Of a stretch of 64,000 bases of DNA, positions 37,556-46,760 are shown piece by piece. The notes beneath the pieces were generated by a model. That model was not told the origin of the DNA, did no database searches, and worked only from the letters and a program-made list of their open reading frames with translations. Position 1 is the first letter of the stretch. Each line of letters opens with the position of its first letter. A program made the position numbers and the translations under genes. This stretch comes from Armatimonadota bacterium (GTDB lineage: Bacteria; Armatimonadota; UBA5829; DTLH01), in the NCBI GenBank assembly GCA_038207085.1, contig JBBRAE010000001.1, forward strand, positions 186,536 through 250,535, given 5' to 3'.

Positions 37556-39718
37556 CTACCCCAAATAGAGAATATTGACTACGGAGTTCATCGCCCGCTG
37601 GGTCCGCTCGGTCTCGGTGGCGATGAACTCGTCGCTTGTCTCCGTCCGAAACGCGCGGGATGCGATGTGGGCAAGGATGTCGTGCACCGCAGCGCTGTGG
37701 CCTATCTTCAGGAGCTCTCGGATGCGTGCGGCAAGCCCATCAAAGCCAGTCGTGCCCGCCTTTAGTTCATCCTCAAATACCTGCACGGCCTCAGAGACGA
37801 AACGCAGGCGTTCGATTGGGTTCGCCTCAAAGTCTACTGACCGTATCGGAAGACGTCGCACATCCTCAAGCTCGATCTGAGGCTGAACCATCTTGTACCC
37901 CGTAAAAGCGCGAAATACGTAGTCGCTCATCAAGCGTGAGTTCAGTATGGCAAGCAGATAGAGATAGTGATACTTGCCAGGCCCAAGCTTTATCCCGTAT
38001 ACGGACTGAGGCACGACAAAACCGTGGTCGTCGTAAGCGGCGACTACCCTCGCAGAGCTCTTCTGAAGGACGATCTTGGGGCCGCTGTACCAATCCAGAG
38101 GCTTCCGCACAGCCTCTCTGCTGATACCAAGGCCCTCCCAGGCGGTTCGCCCGCGGTGGATGCTCTCCCCGCCAAGGAGTATCGGCATATCTCCGGCAGA
38201 GGCCGCAATCTTTCGCTTGCCGATCTCTTCACCACGAAATACCCTATCGACAATATCTACTTCATTGAGAAAGACAAAGGGTGTTGCGACGTTCGTAAGT
38301 GATTTCTCTGGCCCGTGGATGCGCTCAAACACTCCCTCATAGGCCGAGTCGACCAGATACAACACTTCAGAGCGCGGCTGGGCAAGCGCGAACGATGGGC
38401 GAACCGTCCTTGCCTGTCGAAACGTCGCGAGCTTGGGGTCGAGTTCGAAAGCCTTCCTGTCCGGGGTAGTCTCCAGTCTAAGAACGGGAAATGCGCGACC
38501 ATCGGAAGGTGTGTTTGCGGCTACAAGAATAATGTTTGCCACGTGCGCCCCTGGAAACGCGCCAGCGACGTGAACGACGCTTCGAACGGTCCACTTTTTG
38601 AGAAGCTTCTCGCGAACAGCGGTTGCGTTGGTGCGCACAAGAAACGGGTCGGGGAGCACCATCGAAAGAGCCCCTCCGGGTTTGACGAGGTCTTTTGCGA
38701 TCACGCTTTCGAGAAACAGCAGATAGTAGTCGCTCTGCCCTTTCACACCGTGGACGGCTTGATAATCGGCCATAGCGGAGTTCTTCGCCGCAACATACGG
38801 CGGGTTGCCGATTACCGCGTCAAAGCCGGGGTACCCGGCAAATAGCCCAAAAGCATCGGGGAATCGATCGTTCCATGAGAGTTCGCCGTTGCCAGAAAGA
38901 GCGTCCGCGCAGACGAGGTGGCTTGCGATCATAGAAGCGTCAGCACGACCACCTGACTCGAGCCACAGGAGGAACCGGGCGATGTCTACGGCGATTGGGT
39001 CGATGTCACAGCCGTAGATGCACCAGGTTGCGATATATCCTGGGTCAGCGCTCTCCGAAAGCCTGTGAAGTGCCCCTACAAGGAAGTCGCCGGCGCCCAT
39101 CGCCGGGTCAAGCACACGCGCCATCACGGGGTCGCTGACGCGCCCGAGCGACTCATGAACTATGTAGTCGATGATATATCCAGGGGTGAAGAACGCGCCG
39201 TTACGTTTGCGACTGCTTGAGTCAGCGCGTAGACGCACGCCGGGTGGGTCAGGGACGATCTCGGGGCGGCGATCCAGAAGATATTCGTAGAGCAAGCTTA
39301 TCCAATTTGCCGGGATAGAGCCGAAGTAGACGCTGGATATTGCGGGGTCGCTTCCGGATCCCAGTAGCTGCCTCAGGATGACCCGGGCGTGCTTTGCGGG
39401 CACGGATTCACCATCGGTGGACTTCAGCAGGTCTACGCCTGTCGTCTCCCCACAGGAGATCAGACCGGCACAAGCCTTGCTCCAGCTCCCTCGACCAATC
39501 GCGACATCCCTCATGGAAGCACACGACTTTGCCACTCCGCCGATATCCCGAGAATCGAGAATAAACGCGCCGAGGATGCTGAAGACGAATCGAATGGCGG
39601 TCCTGTAGGAAGTCTGAGGATCGGAGGTATCGGAGACGAGCCCAGCCGTAGCTACAGCCACCGCTCCTGCGGCTCGTGAACAAAACTCAGTAAACTCTTT
39701 GCTCTGCCGGGTTATCAT
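37556..39718 (-). CDS. N6-adenine DNA methyltransferase (gamma class, Eco57I/TaqI-like) with a TaqI_C-like specificity domain
   Basis: GAFFTP, VLDPAMGAGDFL, YGCDID and FDAVIGNPPY motifs; 'YLLAILNS...LPI' target-recognition domain. Confidence 0.88.
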   Translation of the reverse strand: MITRQSKEFTEFCSRAAGAVAVATAGLVSDTSDPQTSYRTAIRFVFSILGAFILDSRDIGGVAKSCASMRDVAIGRGSWSKACAGLISCGETTGVDLLKSTDGESVPAKHARVILRQLLGSGSDPAISSVYFGSIPANWISLLYEYLLDRRPEIVPDPPGVRLRADSSSRKRNGAFFTPGYIIDYIVHESLGRVSDPVMARVLDPAMGAGDFLVGALHRLSESADPGYIATWCIYGCDIDPIAVDIARFLLWLESGGRADASMIASHLVCADALSGNGELSWNDRFPDAFGLFAGYPGFDAVIGNPPYVAAKNSAMADYQAVHGVKGQSDYYLLFLESVIAKDLVKPGGALSMVLPDPFLVRTNATAVREKLLKKWTVRSVVHVAGAFPGAHVANIILVAANTPSDGRAFPVLRLETTPDRKAFELDPKLATFRQARTVRPSFALAQPRSEVLYLVDSAYEGVFERIHGPEKSLTNVATPFVFLNEVDIVDRVFRGEEIGKRKIAASAGDMPILLGGESIHRGRTAWEGLGISREAVRKPLDWYSGPKIVLQKSSARVVAAYDDHGFVVPQSVYGIKLGPGKYHYLYLLAILNSRLMSDYVFRAFTGYKMVQPQIELEDVRRLPIRSVDFEANPIERLRFVSEAVQVFEDELKAGTTGFDGLAARIRELLKIGHSAAVHDILAHIASRAFRTETSDEFIATETERTQRAMNSVVNILYLG

Positions 39719-39767
39719 GCTCGCTCCCTATAAAGGGTTTGACAACGGCCCGGTAACTCCTCCTTGG

Positions 39768-40538
39768 TCAAGCAGCTTTTTGCAGTGGTTTTCTTGCCAA
39801 GATCATGAGAATAACGCCGAATACGACCACAGCAGCGATGCTCGCAACCTGTGCCTGGGTGAGCCCCCAAAACCAGACCTCCGCCGTTGCGCCTTTTCGA
39901 ATGAACTCGATTCCAAAGCGATACACAGAGTAGAGCACGAGGTAGCTGAAGAACACGAAGCCCCGCGGCCGCTTCAATCGCTCAATGCGAGTGAGCAGTG
40001 CGAATATTACCAGGCTGATGACAAAAGCGTAGAGCTGTGCGGGGTGACGAGGGTCGGTGAGCGCGCCGGAAGCATCGGTGAAGCGAACCCCCCAGGGTAG
40101 ATCGGTATGCACGCCGTAGCAGCAGCCATTCAGGAAGCACCCAATGCGGGCAAACGCATATCCGATCGCGGCCGATGGGGCGAGCAGATCGGCGAACTTC
40201 AAGAAGTCGAGTCGTTTAGCCCTGACATACACGGCAAGGCAGGCAATTGAGGTAACCAATCCACCGTGGAACGAAAGACCGCCCTGCCAGATTTTACCGG
40301 CTTCGGCAAATATACCCCATCCCGCGTGCGGCACTGCAAGCAGCAGGTAGAGCAGGCGACAGCCTATAATCCCCGAAATGAGCATTAGAACACACGCATC
40401 GACGACCTGCGACGACGGTATGCCACGCTTTTCGCAGACCTTTGTCGCTCTCCACAGACCGATCAGGAAGCCGAAAACGAGAAAAGTGCCGTAGGCATGA
40501 ACGGGTATAGGGCCAAGTTGAAAGAGAATAGGTCTCAT
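39768..40538 (-). CDS. lgt: Prolipoprotein diacylglyceryl transferase
   Basis: IWQGGLSFHGG, RIGCFLNGCCYG, HPAQLY and RFGIEFIR motifs. Confidence 0.95.
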   Translation of the reverse strand: MRPILFQLGPIPVHAYGTFLVFGFLIGLWRATKVCEKRGIPSSQVVDACVLMLISGIIGCRLLYLLLAVPHAGWGIFAEAGKIWQGGLSFHGGLVTSIACLAVYVRAKRLDFLKFADLLAPSAAIGYAFARIGCFLNGCCYGVHTDLPWGVRFTDASGALTDPRHPAQLYAFVISLVIFALLTRIERLKRPRGFVFFSYLVLYSVYRFGIEFIRKGATAEVWFWGLTQAQVASIAAVVVFGVILMILARKPLQKAA

Positions 40539-40572
40539 CAGTAATATCTACGTCCCGCAAGTGGAAAATGTC

Positions 40573-41085
40573 TCACGAATGATGGCTCTCAGCCGGAGCG
40601 CTAGCACTTTTCCCCCCGCGTTCTCTTTCGGCGATGATGGTGTGGCACATCAGCATAACCACACCGACGACGATCGCTATGTCGGCAACGTTGAATGTGG
40701 GCCACGTCACCATACGTCCGGCGATCGACACCCCGAAATCCAGAAAATCCGTGACGGGGCCGAAGACAATGCGGTCGATCAGGTTTCCAAGAGCCCCACC
40801 AAGAAGCAGGCCGAGGGCGACCGCCAATAGCTTGCTCTTGGCGCGCTCTTTTCGGAGCGCAAACACAGCGAGCACCGCAGCGAGGCCAATCAGTATCAGT
40901 AGTGGCGGCCAAGAGCCCATCAAGCCAAACGCCGCGCCGGGGTTCTCCACCAAACGGAGCGAGAAAAAGCCTGGAACGACCTCTACCTTATGGCCGAATT
41001 CGAGCACATGCCTCGCGGCGGCCTTCGATACCTGGTCCGCAACAAGCGCGCCAACCGCGGCTATATAGAACGCGGCCTTGCCTAT
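40573..41085 (-). CDS. lspA: Lipoprotein signal peptidase II
   Basis: DQVSK, NPGAAFG, GALGNLIDR, VTDFL and FNVAD motifs. Best start is ATA at 41085 (SD GAGGG; ATAG overlap with the upstream stop); TTG 41118 is the alternative. Confidence 0.93.
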   Translation of the reverse strand: MGKAAFYIAAVGALVADQVSKAAARHVLEFGHKVEVVPGFFSLRLVENPGAAFGLMGSWPPLLILIGLAAVLAVFALRKERAKSKLLAVALGLLLGGALGNLIDRIVFGPVTDFLDFGVSIAGRMVTWPTFNVADIAIVVGVVMLMCHTIIAERERGGKSASAPAESHHS

Positions 41086-41459
41086 CTTCCCTCTACTATA
41101 TCCTGACAATCTATGCAAAAAGTCGCGTAAGGCAAAGCTTTAAGCCTCTCTCGACTGATTTCCCTTTCGCAGCGGTCACAAATCCCATAAGTGCCAGCCT
41201 CGATCTTGCCGAGCGCACGGTCGATATTGGCGATCAGGTCATCGACGTTTCGATCAAGCGCAAGGTCCTTCTCCCTCTCAAAGGTCTCCGTGGCATAGTC
41301 AGCGGGATGATTGTCGTAGTCGGCAAGCTCGCTGACTTCGTCGGCCTGATTTTCTTCACTGTTACGACGAGCGATACGCTTGGACTCGCTGCACAACCGC
41401 TCACGGTCCCGAAGGAGCGCTTCCTTGAACTTCTCTATATCAAGTCGTCTGGTCGCCAT
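41082..41459 (-). CDS. DksA/TraR C4 zinc-finger protein (YteA-like)
   Basis: DNHPADYATETFEREKD and GTYGICDRC...ERLKALPYATFCIDC motifs. Confidence 0.9.
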   Translation of the reverse strand: MATRRLDIEKFKEALLRDRERLCSESKRIARRNSEENQADEVSELADYDNHPADYATETFEREKDLALDRNVDDLIANIDRALGKIEAGTYGICDRCEREISRERLKALPYATFCIDCQDIVEGR

Positions 41460-41530
41460 AAGGCAGTACCCCCGTAAAGTATTTTTCTAATCACTCTCGG
41501 CGGAACCGACCTCAGGCGACCGACCAACTA

Positions 41531-44311
41531 TTATGCATCATGCGGTTCAAGCGACGAAACTACGTCCGCACACCGGTCACACAGACCAGGGTGTTCGGCG
41601 TTCTCGCCAACCGTTTCCAGCACAAGCCAGCATCTCGCGCACTTGTCGCCCTCCGGCTTGCCGACCTCCACAGAGAGATCGGACCCCTCAGGCGCACGCA
41701 CGAGCACGACCTGCGAAACGATCAACACAGAAGGCAGCTCATTTGCATAAGACTGCAGAAGATCGTAAACAGTCGCCGGGGCTGAGATCACTACCCGCGA
41801 TTCGAGTGGCTTTCCTATTGTTCCCGCCTGCCGTGCCTGTTCAATCACTTTATATACTTCGTCGCGAACTTCAAATATCCTAGCCCACTTTTCAGCAAGG
41901 GCATCGTCGACATACTCGTCTCTAACAGTCGGATATTCGGCAAGGAAGACAGACTGCGCCTTCCCCTCGCCGGGGACAAACCGCCAAACTTCCTCGCACG
42001 TATGCGAAAGCACAGGCGCAAGCGCGCGAACCAGCGTTGAAAGCATCTCGAAGAGCGCGGTCTGAGCCGAACGCCTCTTCAAGTCTTTAGGACCAGACGA
42101 GTAAAGCCTGTCCTTGATGATATCAAGATAGAGTGCGCTCAGGTCAACAGCAGCAAAGCTGTGAGCGGTATGGAACGCCCGATAAAACTCGACCGATTCA
42201 TACCCCTCGGTCATCTCTGTGACGACCTTCTGGAGTCTGTGTAGCGCCCACCTGTCGATCTCAAGCATCTCATCGACGGGAACCCGGTCGGCCACTGGAT
42301 CGAAGCCGCTCAGGTTGCCAAGAAGGAACCGGAACGTGTTTCGCAGCCTTCGGTAGGTGTCCGTGACCCGCGTTATCATATCGGGGCCGATCTTGATGTC
42401 CTCGGACACGTCAACCGACGCCATAAACAGCCGAAGAACGTCTGCGCCGACTTCCTTGATGACCTGCTGCGGGGCAATCACGTTGCCGACCGACTTGCTC
42501 ATCTTTCGGCCCTGCGCATCGAGCACAAAACCGTGGCTCACAAGTTCCCTAAAGGGCGACGACCCCCTGGTCGCGGTTCCGACGACGAGCGATTTATTGA
42601 ACCAGCCCCTGTGCTGGTCCGATCCCTCACAGTACATATCCGACGGATAGGTATCCAGCCGTTTCTCGACAACCGCGCGGCAGCTTGAGCCGGAGTCAAA
42701 CCAGACGTCGAGCACGTCGTTCTCTTTTGTAAACTCATCACCGGCGCACTTCGGGCACTTGAAGTCCGGGCCGAGCAGATCCTTGGGGTCCTTCTCGAAC
42801 CACGAGTCGGAGCCGTTGGCAAGCGAGTCCTGATAGATCGCGTTGACAGATTCGCTCGTCATAATCGCTTCGCCACAGGATCTACAATAAAAGACGGGAA
42901 TTCCGACTCCCCACGACCGCTGCCTGGAAAGACACCAGTCAGGCGAGTTTTCGATCATAGCCCGCAGCCGGTTCGACGCCTCAGCCGGGTAGAAAATGAT
43001 TTTTTCGATCTCTTCGAGCATCTTCTCCCGGAGGTCGTTGTGATCGATAGACATGAACCACTGAACGGTGGTCCTGAAGACAACCGGCTTGTGGCACCTC
43101 CAGCAGTGCGGATAGCTGTGCGTGATTTCCATGCAACCAAGAAGCGCGCCGGCCTCGCGAAGCGCCGCAACGACGGCATCGTTACCTTGCTTGAGGACGT
43201 GCATGCCTTCGAACTGACCGGCATCTTTGGTGAAGACACCCTTCTCATCAACTGGGTTGAGCGGCGTCAAGCCATATCTCTGACCAGTGAGGAAGTCCTC
43301 ACGTCCGTGACCAGGCGCAGTGTGGACCACGCCGGTTCCGTCTTCCATAGTGACGTAGTCGGCGAACACCAGGATCGAGTCGCGATCATACAAGGGGTGC
43401 TTGAAGACCATTCCCTCAAGATCACTTCCCGGCACGGAATCCGTGACGACGAACTCGGCTATTCCCATAGCCTCCATCACCTGCCCGGCGAGCTTCTCAG
43501 CAATCAGGTAGCGGTCGTCACCGACATCGACGAACGAATATGTCTCCTCAGGGTGAACCGCGACTGCGAGGTTCGCGGGTATCGTCCAGGGGGTTGTCGT
43601 CCAGATTATCGTATAGTTGTTCTTCTTGGGTGTATTGACATCAAATAGCCCCTTGGGGTCTGTTACGAGCGGGAAACGAACATAGATCGACGGCGACGTA
43701 TGCGGGGCGTACTCTATTTCAGCCTCAGCAAGCGCCGTCTTGTCGTTGATGCACCAGTGGATCGGCTTGAGTCCCCTGTAGATATATCCCTGCTCCGCAA
43801 GCTCGCCGAATACTTTGACGATGGTTGCCTCGTACTCATAGTTCATCGTGAGATAGGGGTTGTCCCACTCGCCGATGACGCCGAGGCGCTTAAACTGCTC
43901 GCGCTGTTTGTCCACCCAACCGGCGGCGTAATCGCGGCAGGCCTTGCGCATTTCAAGTAGGCTCGGAGTCTCGTGCTTCTTGCGGAAACTCTCTGACACC
44001 CGCTGCTCGATCGGCAGACCGTGGTTGTCCCATCCGGGGATATAGGGCGACTGATACCCGTTCATTGTCTTGTAACGGGTAACAAAATCCTTCAGTAGCT
44101 TGTTCAGCACGTGTCCGATGTGAATATCACCGTTTGAGTACGGCGGTCCATCGTGCAGAATAAACCGCCCGCGAGGAGCGTCCTTCTCCAGCATGAGCTT
44201 GTAGAGGTCGATATCCTCCCAGAACTTCTGGATCTGCGGCTCCCGGTTGGCGAGGTCGGCCTTCATCGGGAAATCTGTCTTTGGTAGGTTGATTGTTTTA
44301 CTATAATCCAT
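41531..44311 (-). CDS. ileS: Isoleucine--tRNA ligase (type 1)
   Basis: LHDGPPY, HIGH, WTTTPWT, GTGVVH, WCLSRQR and KMSKS motifs; C-terminal CxxC..CxxC. Confidence 0.98.
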   Translation of the reverse strand: MDYSKTINLPKTDFPMKADLANREPQIQKFWEDIDLYKLMLEKDAPRGRFILHDGPPYSNGDIHIGHVLNKLLKDFVTRYKTMNGYQSPYIPGWDNHGLPIEQRVSESFRKKHETPSLLEMRKACRDYAAGWVDKQREQFKRLGVIGEWDNPYLTMNYEYEATIVKVFGELAEQGYIYRGLKPIHWCINDKTALAEAEIEYAPHTSPSIYVRFPLVTDPKGLFDVNTPKKNNYTIIWTTTPWTIPANLAVAVHPEETYSFVDVGDDRYLIAEKLAGQVMEAMGIAEFVVTDSVPGSDLEGMVFKHPLYDRDSILVFADYVTMEDGTGVVHTAPGHGREDFLTGQRYGLTPLNPVDEKGVFTKDAGQFEGMHVLKQGNDAVVAALREAGALLGCMEITHSYPHCWRCHKPVVFRTTVQWFMSIDHNDLREKMLEEIEKIIFYPAEASNRLRAMIENSPDWCLSRQRSWGVGIPVFYCRSCGEAIMTSESVNAIYQDSLANGSDSWFEKDPKDLLGPDFKCPKCAGDEFTKENDVLDVWFDSGSSCRAVVEKRLDTYPSDMYCEGSDQHRGWFNKSLVVGTATRGSSPFRELVSHGFVLDAQGRKMSKSVGNVIAPQQVIKEVGADVLRLFMASVDVSEDIKIGPDMITRVTDTYRRLRNTFRFLLGNLSGFDPVADRVPVDEMLEIDRWALHRLQKVVTEMTEGYESVEFYRAFHTAHSFAAVDLSALYLDIIKDRLYSSGPKDLKRRSAQTALFEMLSTLVRALAPVLSHTCEEVWRFVPGEGKAQSVFLAEYPTVRDEYVDDALAEKWARIFEVRDEVYKVIEQARQAGTIGKPLESRVVISAPATVYDLLQSYANELPSVLIVSQVVLVRAPEGSDLSVEVGKPEGDKCARCWLVLETVGENAEHPGLCDRCADVVSSLEPHDA

Positions 44312-44327
44312 AGGTGCCCTAATGATA

Positions 44328-44402
44328 GAAAACCCCTGTCTTGCAGGGGTTTTCGTAGATTTCGCTAATCAAAGTATACCGTTTTGAAAGCTCACTCGTC
44401 AA
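44328..44402 (-). promoter_or_regulatory. ileS promoter and 5'-leader hairpin
   Basis: TTGACG-N18-TATACT on the minus strand (44402-44373), then an 11-bp perfect stem GAAAACCCCTG/CAGGGGTTTTC (44328-44354). Confidence 0.55.
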
Positions 44403-44609
44403 GCTCAGCAGAACCGTGACCCCCTATCAATCACTGGGAACTGATCTGCGAGGAAGCTCTGAAAGAACAGGGACAACACATAGCAAAAGATGTATAATAT
44501 GAGGTAGTTCAACTAACCCGCATTATTCACGCTACTCGTGAATAATGCTCTGTTAGCGAAAGTTTTATTCGCTTCACGAATAAAGCGGGCTAAACGATTG
44601 GAAGAACCT

Positions 44610-45368
44610 ATGCTAACCTCGACATTTGTTCACGCGCAGGGAATTGGAGCTACTACAGAGCAGCGGATTTGGCAGGCGGGTATTACCGACTGGCAGGCGT
44701 TTCTGGATCGGCCACAGGATGGTCTGCTTTCGGAGCGCCAGTATTCGGCGCTTGCGCCTGTGGTCGAGGAGTCGCAGAAGAAGTTCGACGCCGGAGACTT
44801 TCTCTATTTTGCGAAGCAGGTGCCCAACTGTGAGCATTGGCGAGCGTACGGTGAGCTTGGGGCTCGCGCAGCGTATGTTGATATAGAAACGACAGGCATG
44901 GGCATGGACTCGGCGATCACTGTGATCGGCCTATATGATGGAGTCAACACCAAAAGCTACATCAAAGGGTTCAATATCGAGGAGTTCGCTGCCGATATCC
45001 TGGAGTTTCCACTGATCGTAACCTACGCCGGGGCAACCTTCGACCTGCCGCACCTCCGTCATGCGTTTCCCGGGACGCCACTCAACCAGCTTCACGTCGA
45101 CCTCTGCCCCACCCTCCGCAAGATCGGCTACAAAGGCGGACTGAAGTCTATCGAAGAACGGCTCGGACTGAACCGCGAGGACGGCATCAAAGGCCTCAGC
45201 GGCTGGGATGCAGTTCGGCTTTGGCACGAATGGGAGCGCGGACGCCAAAAGTCGCTAGACATACTCGTTGAGTATAACCGCGCCGACGTTGAAAACCTCA
45301 AATTCCTCGCAGAGTTCGCATACAAACAGCTCCGGACGCACATTTTGCCCGTCGGCCTCACTTTATAG
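44610..45368 (+). CDS. RNase H-like (DEDD, YprB-like) exonuclease
   Basis: YVDIETTG, TYAGATFDLP, GGLKSIEERLG and YNRADV motifs; N-terminal GIG HhH-like motif. Confidence 0.85.
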   Translation: MLTSTFVHAQGIGATTEQRIWQAGITDWQAFLDRPQDGLLSERQYSALAPVVEESQKKFDAGDFLYFAKQVPNCEHWRAYGELGARAAYVDIETTGMGMDSAITVIGLYDGVNTKSYIKGFNIEEFAADILEFPLIVTYAGATFDLPHLRHAFPGTPLNQLHVDLCPTLRKIGYKGGLKSIEERLGLNREDGIKGLSGWDAVRLWHEWERGRQKSLDILVEYNRADVENLKFLAEFAYKQLRTHILPVGLTL

Positions 45369-45479
45369 CCTCTTTCAATCCCCATCCTCCTACAGCATTA
45401 GGCCTGCTGGTTACCCGCCCCGCCGAAGGGGTATACTTAAAGTGGCCCGGCGTCATTGGTCACTACCGGTTGCTCTTAT

Positions 45480-45505
45480 GTTTTGGGTAATAGGGCAGTG
45501 GGTAA
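45480..45505 (+). promoter_or_regulatory. SigB-like promoter candidate
   Basis: GTTTTG-N14-GGGTAA about 50 bp upstream of the DUF948-like gene. Confidence 0.55.
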
Positions 45506-45555
45506 ACCAGCACACGACTGGGCGACGAACGTCTCTAACAAATGGAGGTGTCGAG

Positions 45556-45963
45556 ATGTCCGAGCAGTTGTCGCTTGCGATAACGGCGATCTGCATGCTG
45601 GTCATTACCCTGGCTATTATTACGGTCTCTATAGTAACCGTAATGCTGCTGCTTCGAGTCCGTAAGTCCGTATCCACGGTGACAAACCGAGCCCAGCCGC
45701 TTATAACACAGGCTACTGAGACGGTCAAAACCGCAAACGGCATAGCCCAGAACGTCAAGACCCACGCGGATCGCATCATGGACCGGGCGGAGGACACTGT
45801 CGATAATGTCACCCGCAAGGTCAAAACCACTACGAACGTTATCCAGGATTCTATCAATCCATCCGTAATAACTGTGGCCAGTGTACTAACCGGTGTCTCA
45901 CGAGGACTGGAAGTATGGAGCCAAGTGAGAAGAAGAGGAGGTAATGGTCATGCGAGGACTTAA
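45556..45963 (+). CDS. DUF948/YtxG-like membrane protein
   Basis: GGAGGTG SD; N-terminal TM plus an amphipathic helical region; directly upstream of the YtxH gene. Confidence 0.7.
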   Translation: MSEQLSLAITAICMLVITLAIITVSIVTVMLLLRVRKSVSTVTNRAQPLITQATETVKTANGIAQNVKTHADRIMDRAEDTVDNVTRKVKTTTNVIQDSINPSVITVASVLTGVSRGLEVWSQVRRRGGNGHART

Positions 45964-46237
45964 CTTTGTGGTCGGCCTCACCGTCGGCGTGGCTGTGGGC
46001 GCGTTAGTCTCTGTGATGTTCGCTCCGAAATCCGGTATAGAAACCAAACAGAGTCTCCGCGAGATAACCGAAGAAGCCCGTCGGCGTACAGAAGAGATAA
46101 AGAGCAGGGGTCGACGGTATGTAGAGACCGAACGAACACATATCCAGGAGGCCGTCGATGCCGGTCGGCAGGCGGCTGAAGAAAAGCGCAGACAACTCGA
46201 AACGCAACTACACGTCGAATCGCCCACTGTTGTGTAG
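45950..46237 (+). CDS. YtxH-domain protein
   Basis: FVVGLTVGVAVGALVSVMFAPKSGIETK signature. Confidence 0.88.
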   Translation: MRGLNFVVGLTVGVAVGALVSVMFAPKSGIETKQSLREITEEARRRTEEIKSRGRRYVETERTHIQEAVDAGRQAAEEKRRQLETQLHVESPTVV

Positions 46238-46251
46238 CTGAGGTAGTTCGA

Positions 46252-46278
46252 GTTTCTAGTCTGCTTGTATTGGGGTAA
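46252..46278 (+). promoter_or_regulatory. SigB-like promoter candidate
   Basis: GTTTCT-N15-GGGTAA upstream of the KGG-repeat gene. Confidence 0.5.
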
Positions 46279-46358
46279 CATAATGGTGACTGAAAAGGCA
46301 GCTAACCAGTGCGTGCCGATTCATTGTATATGGCGGAAATATGATAGGGGGTGACCTC

Positions 46359-46691
46359 ATGGCCGAAGATAAACCCGGACCGGAACCAGGATCCGAAGGT
46401 GCACGAAAAATAGCTGAAGCCCATAGGGGCTCTCATGAGCATGACCGCGAAGGTGGTTTCGCTGCAAACCCGGAACTGGCCAAGGAAGCTGGTCGCAAAG
46501 GCGGCGAAGCCGTCAAGAAGAAATATGGGCCGTCGTTCTACCGACAGATCGGTAAGAAGGGCGGAGAAACCGTCAAACAGGAGCGTGGATCTGAGTTCTA
46601 CGCTGAAATTGGCCGCCGGGGCGGAGAGATGCGGAGTTCCCGCATGAAGCAGCGCAAGGCGGAAGAAGAGAGTAAGGAAGGTCCGAAGTAG
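46359..46691 (+). CDS. KGG-repeat general stress protein (GsiB/Em-like hydrophilin)
   Basis: Repeats EAGRKGGEAV, FYRQIGKKGGETV and FYAEIGRRGGE. Confidence 0.9.
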   Translation: MAEDKPGPEPGSEGARKIAEAHRGSHEHDREGGFAANPELAKEAGRKGGEAVKKKYGPSFYRQIGKKGGETVKQERGSEFYAEIGRRGGEMRSSRMKQRKAEEESKEGPK

Positions 46692-46719
46692 TCACAAAAG
46701 TGGCTGGCTTCAACCTCAC

Positions 46720-46760
46720 AGGGCGCAGATTTCCAGAAATGGTTCTGCGCCCTTTAGTTT
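46720..46760. terminator. Terminator hairpin between convergent genes
   Basis: AGGGCGCAGA/TCTGCGCCCT stem followed by TTAGTTTT. Confidence 0.7.
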
